From the NCBI RefSeq assembly GCF_000143415.4, contig NW_003314374.1, positions 207,225 to 271,224 of the forward strand: a stretch of DNA of 64,000 nt, given 5' to 3'. Under the pieces are notes generated by a model. The model worked only from the letters and a program-made list of their open reading frames with translations, was not told the origin of the DNA and did no database searches. The position numbers and the translations under genes are program-made. Shown piece after piece: positions 11,420 through 27,876 of this stretch (position 1 is the first letter of the stretch; every line of letters begins with the position of its first letter). The DNA comes from Selaginella moellendorffii. Taxonomy: Eukaryota; Plantae; Lycopodiophyta.

Positions 11420-14400
11420 GCAATGCGGTAAGATTCATTTCTTGCTCTATTTCTCTCTCACACAGATATTTAGCCTTGAGAGGAAGAAATGGAGAGGAAT
11501 CGACACATTGTCTTGCGCTCTAAAACTCCTCCTATTTCACCTTCAAGCTTCAGAGGACATCACTTCTCCACATAAAGTGTGGATCGACTTCAACGTTGCT
11601 AGTCTTATTGTGAAACCATGCTTTGACGAGAGGGAGAAGCAAATAGAGTTTAACGAGAAAAAAGGATTGCAAGTATGCTCTCTTTCCTTTTTGGATTTGA
11701 TGCTTTCTTTGCTTGGATTTCATGCTCTAGCTTTTTTTTCCTTGTAGTGTTATGCGATGCTAATGGACAAAGCAATCTTTTTACTTCTAACAATGAATCA
11801 AAATGCGCTTAACGCACTCCAAACGAGCATCCCCAAGCTCAAGTAGGTATGCTCTCTCTCTCTCTCCCTCCCCCTCTGCCTTACACTAGACCTGTCCGTC
11901 CCCCTACCCTCTCCCTTCCCGTCCTCGTCCTCCTCATCCTCTCTATCCCCCTCCCCCTCTCCCTCTCTCTTTCTCTCTGAAAATCTAAACTCTTCTCCTC
12001 TTTTCTTTTTTTGGTCGGGATGGTGAAGCCTCTTGTTCGGGCTGATATTCTCTACTCGCTAGTGACAAAAGTAAGTTTTGTTTCAATGATATAACCAGTG
12101 ATATACCATTTTTAACAAGTTGGTGACTGAATGGAAATAAAAATAAGCTAATTAGTTGTTCATTGCAATCAAGGTGGGAGCAAGTGGTTACATTTCACTA
12201 GGTATGCTTCATCACATTCTCTCTCCAATAAATGTTTTTGTCTTTCCTAGGAATTCTTCTCGTGGAGCCTTGTAAACTTCCCGGTCTTATGTCATTCCAT
12301 TTTACATCTCAGAAATGAGAATTGATTATTTTTGCTTATCTTCAAAGTCCTCGAAGGCATTTTATTTGCAGTTGAACCATTTAAGGACGCTGACAAGCCC
12401 CTTTAGAGATGACAGTAAGCCGTTTATTATTCTTTTATGCTGGTTTATATGTGCTCAGGACATGCACATCATTCATAGTTTAATCGTTCGGCTAGTGCAG
12501 CTGATGTTACAGAGCTCGGTTGGACAAAGGAGAGGAATACAAATCAGCTCAAAATTAAGATTGCCCAGGGTGAAAGGTGTGTTTGAGTTTTTTTCAACCT
12601 TTATGTTTTGTCTTCTAGACAAAACTGGAGTCTAAGTCTAGAACTTGGGTTGACAAAGACAAAGCAGATGCAATTCAAACAAACTTTTAAAACTTTCTTG
12701 AATTTAAGCACTTAATTTTTGTTTTCATTTTTTTGCTAGGCTCTATGGGCTTCGGTGTTTCTTGATATTTGCAGTTTATTGGACAATCTGATGATTACAT
12801 TATCAAGGTGACTTGACTATTTATGACCTTTCTTTTCTCTTCTGCTTGCAACCATCATTAAAAAGAATGTTGTGTTTGCTAGTTTGGCTTTGTGCCTAAG
12901 TAATTGGCTACAGAGTTATTTCAATGCACATGGGAAGGCTAGTGAACAATTTGCTGTTCAAAATAGTCGCACAGAGGCTATTGTCTTTTGAAAAGTAAGA
13001 AAAATGAATTATCTTTGACCTTTCTTTCCTCTATGTTGTGCTGGTATGACTAGTGGCTTGGCATATTTCTTGAAAGATCACCCCAAAGGTACACAAGTGA
13101 AGAACTTACTGGATCGTTATTTTAAATTCTCTTTCAAGCTTACAGATGAACAAAAAGATTGTAAAGATGCAATAGGTGATTCTCCCCTAGGGACAAATCC
13201 AGCTTTGTGACTTTCTAACAGCTCGTTCTGCCCAGCAAGGAAAACACGCAAACTGGTATATATATCTCCATATTAACTAAAGAAGTCGATATAAAATGTT
13301 GTTTGAAATGCAAGTAGCAACAATCTATTATTGCTGATCTTCATTTTGGATGCCTTGTTGGCTGCCAGGTAATCATTCTAACCTTTGAACGTATTGCAGT
13401 GCTTAGAAATGTGTACATGATGAATGTGATGATAGAACAAGAGAAACAGAATTTTAGCAAGATGAATATCTTCGTCTCGTTAACACCTGTATATGAACAT
13501 TTGCACCAGGGGCCCATACACTTTGAGCACAATCGATCTCATGGAGTATAAAGTTTTGGCGTTTCAAGCATTTCAAATGAAGTATTTGTTCCTTTTGGTT
13601 TTGTGTTTGACATAACTTGAATATTATTTTTTGTAATTTAGTTGAGAATCTATTTGATTTGGGCTAAAGGCTTAGACAACGCTTTATGGATTTTTTGAGA
13701 ATCAAATAATTGTTATTTCTTCTTGTTACCCAGCCGAATGTCACGGAAATAACTCACAATGCATTTTATTTTTGTTTTGTTGTTTCAACTTATATAAAAG
13801 TGTAATCAATTAGCATGCTAGTGGCCCTTTGGACCTTGGGTTGACAAGACATAGCAGGTGCAGTTTAAACAAAGTTTTCATTAGAACAAGCCGAGCATAC
13901 AATATAGTCCTTTTTTTTTTACCATTCAAAAGTGTGAGTTTTCCTTTTTGTTTCTCCACTCCTTAGAAAGACGATTGGTTGATGGAAAGGGGCAAGCAGT
14001 CTAGAAAAATAAGACTACATGGAGGTCTTTGTGTGGACAATTTGCTCCTTTTATGACGTAAGAATGCAATTGATGAGGACTCTTAAACATCCAAGGTAGG
14101 AGACGTGAGAACTTATAGTGGAAACTTTGACATTGAACCAAAGTTTAGAAAGAAAGGAATTGTTTTGTGAGTTATGCTGGTTTCTAGTGAATAGGGAAGA
14201 CCTAAAAATCGATGAATGAAGCTATCAGGTTCATCTCGAGGGCATGCTTGCCTGAGTGTTGTAGGGCCTTCCTCTAGAAGAAAAATATCATAGGGCCTTC
14301 CTCCAGTCCAAACAAGTTTGCATCCCTTTCGTTTAAAACTCTCAAAGATGATCGAGACACAAGAAACATTATTCCCCATCATTTGAGCAACCAATATGTA
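11420..14400 (+). pseudogene. Unassigned degenerate intron-containing sequence (possibly a TE-borne gene)
   Basis: Alternating short exon-like and GT...AG pyrimidine-rich segments, a CT-rich tract at 11850-12010, and an internal duplication ~12644-12690 / ~13835-13880. No recognisable protein. Confidence 0.25.
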
Positions 14401-14562
14401 TTGTAAGCATTCTTTTTTCCTTTATTTTCTTTTGGGGTGATCATGTACTCTCTATAATATTGAAAAACAAAAAGGTTGTGAAAGTAAATACTAAATAAAA
14501 TAATTAATATTATAATAATTCAGAATTTAAATTTTACATCAAACTTACTAGCATTCATTTTC

Positions 14563-14635
14563 TATATATATGTGTGTGTGTGTGTATATATGTGTATATA
14601 TGTGTATATGTATATGTATATATATGTATATAGTA
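14563..14635. repeat. Compound (TA)n/(TG)n/(TATG)n microsatellite
   Basis: Directly visible. Confidence 0.9.
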
Positions 14636-15077
14636 TAAGCATGTTAGAGCATGTTAGACAACAAGCTCATACACAAGCTCAATATTTTAAAATTACTACT
14701 ATGAGTACTAGAGGGATATAGGATTTACTATATACAAGATTTGATGGATTAGATTCAATCCCGAATAGATAGTCTAACTATAATTAGCATATTACCTAGG
14801 CAAAGTAATATATATGTATATGTATATGTATTATAAACCACCATCTAGAAGATGAAAAAAGTGATGATGATAAGTTAAGTGGATTATTTGAAGTTTATAT
14901 TGGGCAATTATAAATTACCATAAGAATTTTAAACTTCCATGGAACCACCAACATAGTTGCTGAAAACCATAACTAAAACAAAACCCAAAGCCATGGCACA
15001 AATGTTAATCAATTACAAAATCCCCATGAATTAACTACCAAATGCTCAAATTAACCTCAAAGCCATAATTTTGAACT

Positions 15078-15205
15078 AAAGCAAGGGACTTCAAGAACCA
15101 TTATAGTCCATGAAACAGTTCAAAGCAAGGGACTTCAAGAACCATTATAGTCTATGAAATAGTTCAAAACAAGGGACTTCAAGAACCATTATAATCCATG
15201 AAACA
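15078..15205 (+). repeat. Tandem repeat, ~3 x 44 bp (aaagcaagggacttcaagaaccattatagtccatgaaacagttc)
   Basis: Units start at 15078, 15122 and 15166, with few substitutions. Confidence 0.9.
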
Positions 15206-16499
15206 AAATTGCAATAAATGATATATCCTACATTTAAGTCTACTCACTGATGATCCTTCAAGACCACTATCAACTTAAATTCACAACTATAAGCAAAATT
15301 TGCCTTTACATCTTCCCTTTAGTCAACATCTAAAACCATGTTAACTCGAACTCATGACTTTTATCCTTGTTCAACAATATATATATATATAAGAGGTCTA
15401 ACTTACTCTATTCATCATCTACATTCTCCTTATCCTCTTCTTAAAGTACAAAGAGTTCTTAAACATTAGCTTTATTTGGATTTACTATGTTCGTCTTCAC
15501 TTTGTCATTTATGTTTAGTTACACTCCACTATCACATTTGTTTAACCTCACTATATTAGGGTTTGATGTTCTGTTTGAATTCACTATGCTCTTCCTCACT
15601 TCACAATCCATATCACTTATCCTCAATCCATTATTGTATCCATTCATCCTTATTCTATTATTAAAGCCAAACTCCTATTTGTCCCCTTTACCCTATCTTC
15701 TGAAGAAAATAAGTTTGAAACATTAGGGAAAAGAGGAAAAACAAGAAAAATTGAGGAAGAAATATTATGGAAAAAGAAAAAATGGATAAGAAGTATTAGA
15801 AGAGGAATTTTTAACAATTATCAATTGAAAAATGGTGAAATAAAAAAGACATATGCTCAAAGTTGGAGAAATAAGGGATTTCCTATTATAGCGTAAGCTC
15901 ACACAATATGGTTCAAAAGCGAGTTAACTACACGTTGAAAAAGGCACAAACATTCAAATGACTTACTGGAAGTGTTGCGACCATAAGCCCCAAATAATTT
16001 GGCCACCACAATATAAGCAAATGATTCATAGCGCTAACCTTCTCAATACAAAACTCAACATTTAAGATAGGAAAATTAATAAAAACATCCACACTCTCAA
16101 GAGAACACATAAACTTTTTAACAACAATGGTAAAACAAAGGCTCTCAATAACACTCATAAATAGGGACATACACTTAACCCAAAACTAACGACTCAATCC
16201 TTGGAACAAAGGAATACTCATTATTAGAATTGATCAAAGACTTTGCCAATGAAACAAAAGTAAAATTCTTAATTTCATGCATATACTCAATATCTAGATT
16301 AATATAAAGAGGACAAAAGACACTCAAATTAACACTTGACTAATAATAAGAATCACAAGAGTCACAATTGATTAACGTGAGAGGAAAAGGAAACACTAAG
16401 AACATAAGAAGATGGCTTAGGCTGAGAAATAAGAAAAAAGTTAAGTAAGGAATCAATTTACCAAAGTGTTGTAAGCTAAAAATCATGATTGGAATGATA

Positions 16500-16650
16500 A
16501 AAAGTCCATTGGATGAGATCAAGTTTAAAACTAAGTTTAAGACCGACTCTGAGACTAAGTCTGAGACCAAGTTAGAGTATTAATATAAGTCATGGGGTCA
16601 AAACCTGAAGTGCTCATCCTAGGGGGGCTACTTCCAAGGAGTATTATAAT
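16500..16650 (+). repeat. Dispersed repeat with 6/12-bp periodic core; homologous (inverted) to ~35983-36245
   Basis: tattaatataagtcatggggtcaaaacc...aggggggct...gagtattata matches the reverse complement of the 36-kb copy (tattaatacaggtcaaagggtaaaagcc...agggggggct...gagtatcaca). Confidence 0.6.
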
Positions 16651-18336
16651 AGGGATAGTGAGGCTAAGGACTTAGTTTTGAAAGAATTTTTCAATAGTGC
16701 TTCTAAGCTGAGTTAAGGTTAAGATTAAGGGTTAAGAACCTTGGAGTGAGTATAGGCTTGAGAAGTGTCAAATAAACTCCTCAAAGAAATGGTCAAGAGC
16801 AACTTCCACTTCTAGAAAGGAAACTAACTGTAATGCTCTTGACTCAAATGGAATAATGCCCCATTCGAGTACTATTAAGCTTATTGATTCTTGCCCCTTC
16901 CTAGGAGCTTGAGCCTTCCCTTTGGGACGGAGGTGTAGAGTTAAGGTATTTATATTGAGCCATTAAACCATAGTGTTTCCCCTTAGTGTCCCAAACGAAA
17001 AAATGCACTCAAGGCTTAGGATTTTTTAGGAATTTATAAAAAGTTGGCTAACACTATATTACCTATGTAGTAAGTAGCTAAACTTAAATAAGACTAAGCC
17101 GAAGTTGGCGTGATAGACAGGAATCTTGGCAAGGGGATTTAGCTAAATCCAAAGCAAAGATAGTTAAATAGACAATATAAATTAACAAATTGGAAAAAAA
17201 AAATTGTAACTTACAATTTGGTATGGGAACTTCTTCTCAATTTTACCGAAGGATAGAGATGCCCTCAAATGCTACTTTACATCTAAAGGATGAGTTAAGT
17301 AAGTTGAAGCAAACAAGAACCATTTAAGAATATATGAATGCATTTATGGCCAAAAGGATCTTTGTCACAGATATGGTTAACATAGATGCATTCCACACTT
17401 TTATCTTAAGATTGCAAACCTGGGCTCAGGGTAAGGTGATGCACTAGAACTCGTTAAAATACAAATAAGCATTAAATGTTATGCTAGACTCACACAAACA
17501 ACTACTTTGATTCACTTCCTATGCTAAGCAATAATCCCAAGTCTGGAGGACACTAAGGATGATGGATGCTCTTGACCCTAGCCCCTACTCTGACCTAAGG
17601 TGCTAGTTGCATAGTCACTGGTAGCCTTAGGTGCCATTGAAGAGGTCTAAGCTTGGAGTGTTGTTGTTGAGTTGAGGAGGAGCCAAGGAGACACATGAAA
17701 ACCCTAACTTGTATCTGTGGACTAGCAGAATTCGAGTTCTTTTGGGACTTAGAAAAAACAAGTAGACCTAAACCCTAAACTTGTCTACAGAAACTAAAGC
17801 CACTCTTTCATAAAAAAGATTAAAATAATGTGATATTCTCAATATTCTTATATATTCTTTTAAAAGGAATTTCTAAAAGTATATTCTATATATCTTTAAG
17901 GTTTAAGTTCCCCAGGTTTCTCATGCCCCATCAATCCCTGCCTAGGAGTTGAATGATATATGTTACTAAAGAAAAACCTTATAATATAAATTTAAATATT
18001 TCGATATTAAATTTTAAACAACCAATGACATACTTAAATTTTTTTTTATATATAAATGATTACATTACTTGTAATAGTTTTTTAAAAAATTATGATGTAA
18101 AATATGAATTACATTTGTGTAGTAATACCAAGAGGAATTGTTCTTTACATGAAAATTTATGATCATAATATAGGATTCAAGATTATTATATTTTGGAGTC
18201 CATCATTCATGTATTAAGGCAGCTAGAACAATACAGAAAATGCTTTCCAATTAGCCCCATTCTTATAAACAGAAATGCAAAAGAGTCTAATATTGCCTAC
18301 TAACTATTATATCCTAAATAAGTTTATCATAGGAGC

Positions 18337-18752
18337 TCACTTGAGTAAGGAGCGAGTGGGATGTGGGAGAGCATCCAGTGCGCAAGCAAGCAGTTCATGC
18401 TTCAATGGCCACTGTAAGCTACATAAGCCCCCCAATTCACTTCTAGCTTCAGTAAGAAGTTGGATGATGCCTTGAGTGAGAGAAGAAATAAAGTACTCCG
18501 GTTTTGCTGCCTGTGCAAGAGAGAAATAGTCTATGGCAGAGATATCTACATGTACAGGTAAATCTCCCATAGCTCAAACCTTGGAAAAAAAGACCATGAA
18601 CACTCAAAGTTTTCCAAATTTTCAGGGGGATTCAAGCGTTTTGCAGCTTGGATTGCCGGGACCAGCAGATCACGAATGACGAGAAGCAAGAGCGCAAGAA
18701 CAGCAAGCCCAAGTATTCTTCGTCGGGAGTTTACAATTACTATAAGAGACAA
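18337..18752 (-). pseudogene. Frameshifted remnant of a type II membrane protein, possibly a glycosyltransferase
   Basis: RRRILGLAVLALLLLV signal-anchor followed by a frame change. Downstream ISAIDY only weakly recalls plant O-fucosyltransferase C-termini. Confidence 0.25.
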
Positions 18753-19319
18753 AATTTGAGAACCAAAGTGACAATGGCTGCGGCTGCTTGATCATCCAAA
18801 ATCTTTTGGAAGAGAAATATACACGCATATATACAATAGAAGAATCAGAAGCAAAAACGCGGGTTTTTCATATGCAGCTTCCACAAGTTTACGCTGGCGG
18901 AGCACCCGCTCGATCCAGGCCAAAGCTCTAGAAGACTTTTTTCGAAATGGATAAATTCGTAAAGCTTATTAATTTAAGTTGCACAATTATACTGCAAACA
19001 ATCAGTGATTACTTTCGTATTCTTGTACACCAGCTTTGCAAGTGCATAGCTTGAGCGTGACAGTTTGGAAGTCGCGCACTGCAAAAGCCTTTCAAGTTTA
19101 GTTTGGTGGTTTTCCAGTGAGATCACAAACTTACCTCGGCCCTCGCGTCCATGTACCTTCTTCCCTGTTATCCCAAATTCTCCAGATATGCAAACAGTGA
19201 AGAAGGAAAAGATTTGGGCAGCCAGTAAACAAAAGGTTGCTTTTGCCATCTGCCTTTGATCAAATCCAAGACCACAATTATATAAATACTCACCTTTCGC
19301 AAGACCGTCTTGCCATCCT

Positions 19320-20434
19320 CTATGGCTCGATGATGAAGCTGGGAATGAATGCGCAACTGGCTTCAATGTCCACAGTTGTCAAGGACGTGTGATCGTAGTG
19401 AGCCGACGAGTGCCATGTTGAATCCTCGAGGTTGTATGCAACCGGAGCATAACCGTACGAGGACTCACACAACTCTGTGAAAACCATGATTGTGCTCCCA
19501 ACAAGCAGCGTCGAGGGGTATAGCAACGTCTTTCTCGGCTTCCAATTCTTGCCATACAGGTCCTCATACCGCTTGCTTGACAAAAGCTTCGCTTTTCCTT
19601 CTCGACAGTCCAGCTCCCAGATAACCACACACCCACAAGAATGCGTGACGAAGAAAATCCTGTCTTTCCACCTCCAAACTCCACAATGGGCAGTGTCGTC
19701 GGCATACTCCTTGTAGATGTAACCATTGTTGAGAGTTGGCTCACCAACGAAGTGCTTGTGACAAGACCAGGCCATGGAATCGGGATTGTAGGCCATGAGA
19801 AAGTATGGCGGGTAATGGAGTCCGGCGCGTCCAAGCACGGAGCCATCGATCTTGGTATTTGCGCCGTCGAGCTCGCCAATAAAGGGCACTGCCGACTTCC
19901 AAACCCGCGACTCTGAATCATACTGGCGCGCCTGGTAGATCACTTCGTAGTCACTGCCAACTTCACTGTAGGTGATCGCCAGCTTGTAGGAACCTTTGGA
20001 CGGATCAACCTCGAGATCTATCCTTTCGATGGGGTCGAGCGGACGAGAAGGGATATCGATTGGAGGCAGCCTCGTCCATTTGTTTGTCAATGGATTCCCC
20101 ACCACAAAGTTCCATGCTGTGTCAGGCGCACGCGCCTCTTCTGCTAGCAATCCACAAACCAGGCCGTGTGAAGAAGAAACTCCCATCGAGAGACACCCAC
20201 GAGGCCCTAGATTCAATCCGGTAGATCTTCTCGCGCCACTGCCCGGGTACCACACTTCTGTGTGGAAGCCGTCCTTTTGGCTGGTGCGCAAGACACAACA
20301 GACCTGGTCTCTTCCCTTCCATTGCTGGGCAAATTCCTGTGAAGCAATGGCGCTATGGCAGGATCTACAAACGCATCGGAGCCTCCCCAGATCGTCAAGA
20401 TCCGGAGCAAGAGATCTCGCGGTAGCCGCTCCAT
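19320..20434 (-). pseudogene. F-box / kelch-like (F-box-associated) gene with a frameshift inside the F-box
   Basis: MERLPRDLLLRIL, then in another frame DLGRLRCVCRSCHSAI..., which continues into ORF 19320-20291 (SSSHGLVCG, VVGNPLTNKWTRLPP, YDSESRVW, VAYNLEDSTW). A small deletion lies near 20397. Confidence 0.8.
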
Positions 20435-20525
20435 TCTGCCCTGATCCAGAGAGAAAATCCCAATTTTTATGCTTCTTCTCCTTCCCTTTCAGTTGCCCTA
20501 AACGGAATGGCGAGCTTTATAAAAA

Positions 20526-22038
20526 TCACACTTTTGTGTTCTTGACGATGTGCTGACAATGTCGTAGCAGGCAATCGCGCGCTTGTGAATTGCCATATCC
20601 AACCTCTGCTAGACAGAGGCCATGGGCAGGCGCTGGAGGAGCCGACGCTCGCCTGTCCGTTTCTTCCATGAGAGCTACCAAGGCGTCGTCGTTTGCCCCG
20701 GCAAAGGCTTCCTTGATCGCCGTGGACACTAAAACTCGCACCATCTATCAAACAAGCTACGTTAGAATGGAAGCGATGGAAAAAAAAATTCCTCGAGACA
20801 AACCTTTCTTAGAAACCTGTCCGCGACGAGCTCCACAACCATGACATTTTCCTGGAGAAAGCATCATCAAAACCAGTTTTTTCGAGCAAAACACGAGCAA
20901 ACCTCGTTGGGAAATGGCAGCTTGGCGAGAGCAGCTCGAGCGTGGTAGAGTGTGCACACCGTAGCAGGCCCGCTGTTAGACAAAACAATAATTTCCTTTC
21001 TTAGCAGAGCTCTCGAAGCTTTTGTTTCCAAGGTTACCTGCTTCTGGCGATCTTTGTGTCGCGAGCGAAGATTGCGTATGACAAGCTGTGGCCTTCGAGA
21101 GCTCGCAACAGCGTTGCCACTTTAGAAACATCAATCTCGTCCCTGCTGCGAAGCGGAAAAATGTAAATGTAGCGTCTCCACTTTGCAGAAAAAATGGGAT
21201 GGAAGTCGCGGTCTACCTGCATAACATTTCTCATTTAGCAAACACAGCTCTTCAAGATAGAACTCACCTCGGACGCTGACACTGCTCGCAGGATTGTTGG
21301 CATGGCGGAGTTGACAGCAGATTTCACGTCTTCCTCTTTGCATTCTCTCATCCATGTATCTACAAACAGGATTTGGGAGAGAACAACTTAGAAAACTCTG
21401 GCGGACTGGAGTGAATTACCTTACAGAAGGAGCAAACTTGTCCACAAGCGTGAACACCTTTGTCAGTCCTCCCCGCGACTGAAACTAGAGCTTCTTTGAT
21501 CTTTCCCTGTTTCTCCAGATTACTTGCTCTCTTTCCATCGACAAACCTCCCAAGTTGCTTCTCAAGAACACTGGAAATCTCTCCTTAAGCAAGCAAGCAG
21601 TGGGAAAACGAAAAATTCCACCTTTGGACAGTCAGGAAACCCGGTTGCTTTTGCCATCCTGCGAAAGCTGTGCCGCTGTAAGAAAGAACAATCTTAAATG
21701 TCCTCCTTTCCCACCTTCCTCCTCTCTCTTTGGAACGATCGACTATGGGAAGCGACTTATCCTCTTCTTGCTGCTTGGTTTCCAAGCAGCGATCTTCAAA
21801 TTTCTCCTGGAAATCCCTCTTAAATCTATCAAGATCCAGAAAAAAATGCTCACATTGTGCTCGATCCTCAGATCGCGAAGCCCGATCTGGCCATTCACAA
21901 CGAGCTGATAGAACTTGAGCACGGAATCCCACGGCCGCTGCTCAAAGAACTCGTGGCAATCCCTGGAGCGACAGAAATTCTCATTCCAGCCCGACGCAGA
22001 TAGCGCGCTTACCTCGCAGACCATCGTCGCTCCGCCAT
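20526..22038 (-). CDS. tRNA pseudouridine synthase, TruA/PUS1 family (multi-exon)
   Basis: FKIVLSYSGTAFAGWQKQP, catalytic AGRTDKGVHA (~21450-21480), FHPIFSAKWRRYIY, MVRVLV, APPAPAHGLCLAEVGY. Confidence 0.92.
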
Positions 22039-22203
22039 AGCTCTAGGAATTAGGGTTCTTTAAAGAAAGATGCATGTGCAAAATATTCTATTTGTCACTC
22101 TCGTCAGAACGAGCATACGTGGCAGATGACAAGGCGATTACGTCAGCAAAAAGACCAGACGTGGCAGCTGACGAGGACTCTTTTGCTCTTGTATACAGGC
22201 AAA

Positions 22204-22892
22204 TTACTTTTGGGCCAAGCGTTCTTCCCGGCGAGCGATTTTCCTCTCGCGGGTGGCCTTGTTCTTGGCGCGCCTGGCCTCGAATTGATCCGTCAGGGTC
22301 TTCTCACGGGCCTTCTCGGCCTTGAATTTGTGGATGTTCTCCATGAGCACGCGCTTGTTCTTGAAAACATTGCCCTTCACCTTCATGTACATGCTGTGGT
22401 ACATATGCTTGTCGATCTTCTTCGCGTCGCGGTACTTGCGAAGGAGACGACGAAGAACTCGCATTCTTCGCAGCCAGACGATCTTGGATGGAAGCCGAGC
22501 TTCGCGAGTGCCGTGCCTCTTACCTGATCGGAGCAAAACCAGCAAAACCAGAGCGATCAATCGAGGGAAATCGAGCAAAAACGAGGAAGAACTTAGCATA
22601 CCTTTGCCCGAGTGGCGACCCTTCCTCTTGGCCTCGAGCTCGCGGCGGGCGCGCGCGCGAGAGTGGATTTTCTGGGGCTTTTTTATCACCAAGCCATCCT
22701 TGACGAGCTTCCGGATGTTCTGCCCTGATTGAGCGTAACGATCAAACACGAGAGAACACCCATCTTTCACTTGTTCTTACTGGAATTCGCCATGGAGATC
22801 TCGTTCACTTCATTGGGATCGAGCCACACCTTGTTCTTGCCGCACTTGAGGACCGCAGCCGCCAGGCGCTTCTGGAGAGTGAGCGCCACCAT
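22204..22892 (-). CDS. RPL19: 60S ribosomal protein L19 (eL19)
   Basis: [64 protein letters not shown]. At least two short introns; the 3' end may have another exon. Confidence 0.96.
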
Positions 22893-22927
22893 CGCTGCGG
22901 AGAACCCTACTCGGCCCTAAACTACGC

Positions 22928-23097
22928 AAACCCTAAACCATACATTCTTTATGCGCTAGATTCCCCCCTTGTACGACGGTTGTCAATTTATGACCACGTG
23001 ACCCAAAAGCTAATGTATGGAGCAAACCTGACCGACGACGAGCATTCCCCTGTTCAAAATCGCAGCGCATTTGGAGAGAGCTAGTTAGGGTTTAGGG
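22928..23097. promoter_or_regulatory. Divergent RPL19/NDR promoter with telo-boxes in both orientations
   Basis: AAACCCTAA at 22928-22936 and TTAGGGTTTAGGG at 23085-23097. Telo-boxes are typical of plant translation and housekeeping gene promoters. Confidence 0.65.
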
Positions 23098-23229
23098 TAA
23101 GGCGCAAGGGATGGAAGCTGCCGCCGCGGGGTGAATCGCGAGGAAATCTCCAGCAGCTTTGCTGCTGCTGCCCTGCTGCTATTGCTGGTGCTGCTCTTGG
23201 TGTTGGATCTGTCATTGCGGCAGCGAGAA

Positions 23230-25695
<2,466 letters not shown>

Positions 25696-27876
25696 CTGTA
25701 TAAAGCCCTTTCGTTTACTGGGATCCATAGGTACGGTAGTCAGGTGAGGATCTATAGGAAGAAGGTAAAAAACAGGGACAAGAGAGAAAGAGAACAGGAA
25801 GGGGGGATCTTTTCCTCTCAAGTTATAGCTCGCCAGGCAGCAAAGGGAAAGGGAAGAAGTGACATAAAAAGTAGTAGCTAGCTATAGCTAGAATGGCAGT
25901 TCGGGCCTTGGGCTATGCAGTGCGCGGTACCGTCTTCGTCTTCCACCACTCAATCCGTCAGCGGCACCAATAAAGCCTTTGGTTGGCACAATTACCGCAG
26001 CGATCCACAAGAAGAAGGAAAAGACTTCCAGCTTTGTATAAACTGTGGAAGCTCACAGAGACGTCAGTGGCGGAGCACTGGATCTGGAGCACTGGACAGG
26101 GAAGCGTAAAGTTTTGTGTAGCAGCGGCAACAACGAGATCCATCATCGATCAATCAATCAAGAACTAGAAGATCAAAGAGGACAGTGGGGTCAATTTGGA
26201 CAGCTGCTGCTACTGCTGCGTGCTGCCGCGATGATCCTACTTTTTTTGGCTGCTACCACTTTTCTTTCGCGACCAACAAGCACGGCTTTTCGGACAGACT
26301 CTGTGGAGAAGAGCTGGCGTCATGGTGTGACGAGATTCATTGTAGTATGATATTTTTTTCTCTCTTATCTTCCTCTTGGGATTTCTAAAACTGTCAAGCC
26401 AAAGACGGTGTGGATGGCGCGAAGATTCAAATTCAAATTCAAAACGATGCCGAATATGCCGTTCACACGTGGCGGGCATCGGGCGGTGTTGCCCTCGCAT
26501 TCAGCGCCAAAACACTCTTCATTAAAAAAGAGCGTTGTCAAGAACCCTAGCGAGCGAGCGATCGGTGATGGCGCGATGGAGCGAATCAGGGGCGGGCGAG
26601 GCGCTGGTGCAGCAGCTGCCGCGATGTCGCCATCGATTCTTTGTCGGCGCCATGTGGTAAATAGCTCTTTTGGCCGATTTTTCAAGCTGCCGCGCTGCCG
26701 CGCTGCTGCAAGCCTGATTTCCTGCCCTTGTCGTCTCTGATCGCCTCTGATCGCCTCTCCATCGCGTCTGATCGCATCGCATTTAAGAGATTTCTTTGTT
26801 TGCACGCCCCTGGAAGCCTTAAGCCTTAACCTCTCTCTCCTCCCTTTTACATCACAGGTCGCGCATGCAGTACGACGATAATTTGGCATCTTTCTTGTAA
26901 AAAGCCATAGCTTCGATCGGTCTGTTCCTGTTTGTCTGATGGATCTGGTGCGCTCTGGCATAGCCCTCTCTCTGTGCTGCCAGTTTTCACATAGCTATGT
27001 GACTTATGCTGCCTGCAAGGAAATATTCTAACTTCTAAGCTGATGATCCTGATCACCTCTTTGCGGTACACTAGCGCCCCCAGTAGTCCAATCATCCTTG
27101 CTAGCGATTCGCACGGATCATAATTCTCGCCTTGCACTTCTCTCTTTATTGCTGCCTGAGTGAGAGCCAACTTGGTTGCTCTCTCTAACCATACCTTTTC
27201 CAGAGCCAAGGAAAAGTAGTTTGTTCTAGTTGGACTGGGCTTCTGTCTGGCCGGCTGGCTGGAACTGGTTCCTTTCTTCTATCCTTTAAGCTCTCGCTTC
27301 GCACCGTTTGGTTCTTTTGTCTAGCTCCTCATTTCTGAAAAAAAGATGGTATATTTCCTCCCCTCCCATCGTGTCTGAATGGGACGTGAAACAGTGTAGT
27401 CGATAGAAGGAGAGATGGAAAAAAGGACATCTTGGTTTCATGGTCCCCGCACTCGCCATTAGTGGCGATGGCTTGCTGTTGAAACTACAGAAGGACTGAC
27501 TTGATTCGAAGCTTGTGTATGTTTTAAATTCCTCTGGTGCCAGGACGTTTCTTTTCTCTAAATGTGATAGGCAGATCAAGACGTTCTTCTCGACTCCAAT
27601 TTAGCCGATCCAGTTCCTTGCAAGTTGCAAGCATATATGATGCTTTCTCGCTATAGAGTTTTCTCTTACGGGACGGCCCAACCTGCAAGACTGCTCCAGT
27701 TGTGAGTTTATATAGGTGTATCTTTTTCTGCGAGAACGATTTTTAATCCCTTTACAATTGTGCAGCGGAAAATTCCGAAAGACGAGAGGAATGTGTCAAC
27801 TATATTCCCAGAAAACCAGATGTCAAGCGTGCTGCCGCGGCTCAGCTGGTGAGGGAGGGGATCGCCATGTCTAGAC

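Noticed and set aside
15078-15205. 44-bp direct repeats as a CRISPR-like array
   Set aside because: Units are contiguous with no unique spacers, and the context is eukaryotic with no cas genes. It is an ordinary minisatellite.
16921-16933. tttgggacggagg resembling a Stowaway MITE terminal repeat
   Set aside because: No partner inverted repeat or TA target duplication nearby.
25750-27700. Possible miRNA precursor or coding genes in the long NDR-TCP spacer (ORFs 26365-26961, 26847-27209)
   Set aside because: No conserved plant miRNA sequence or long hairpin was recognised. The ORFs look like GC-rich promoter and 5' UTR noise.
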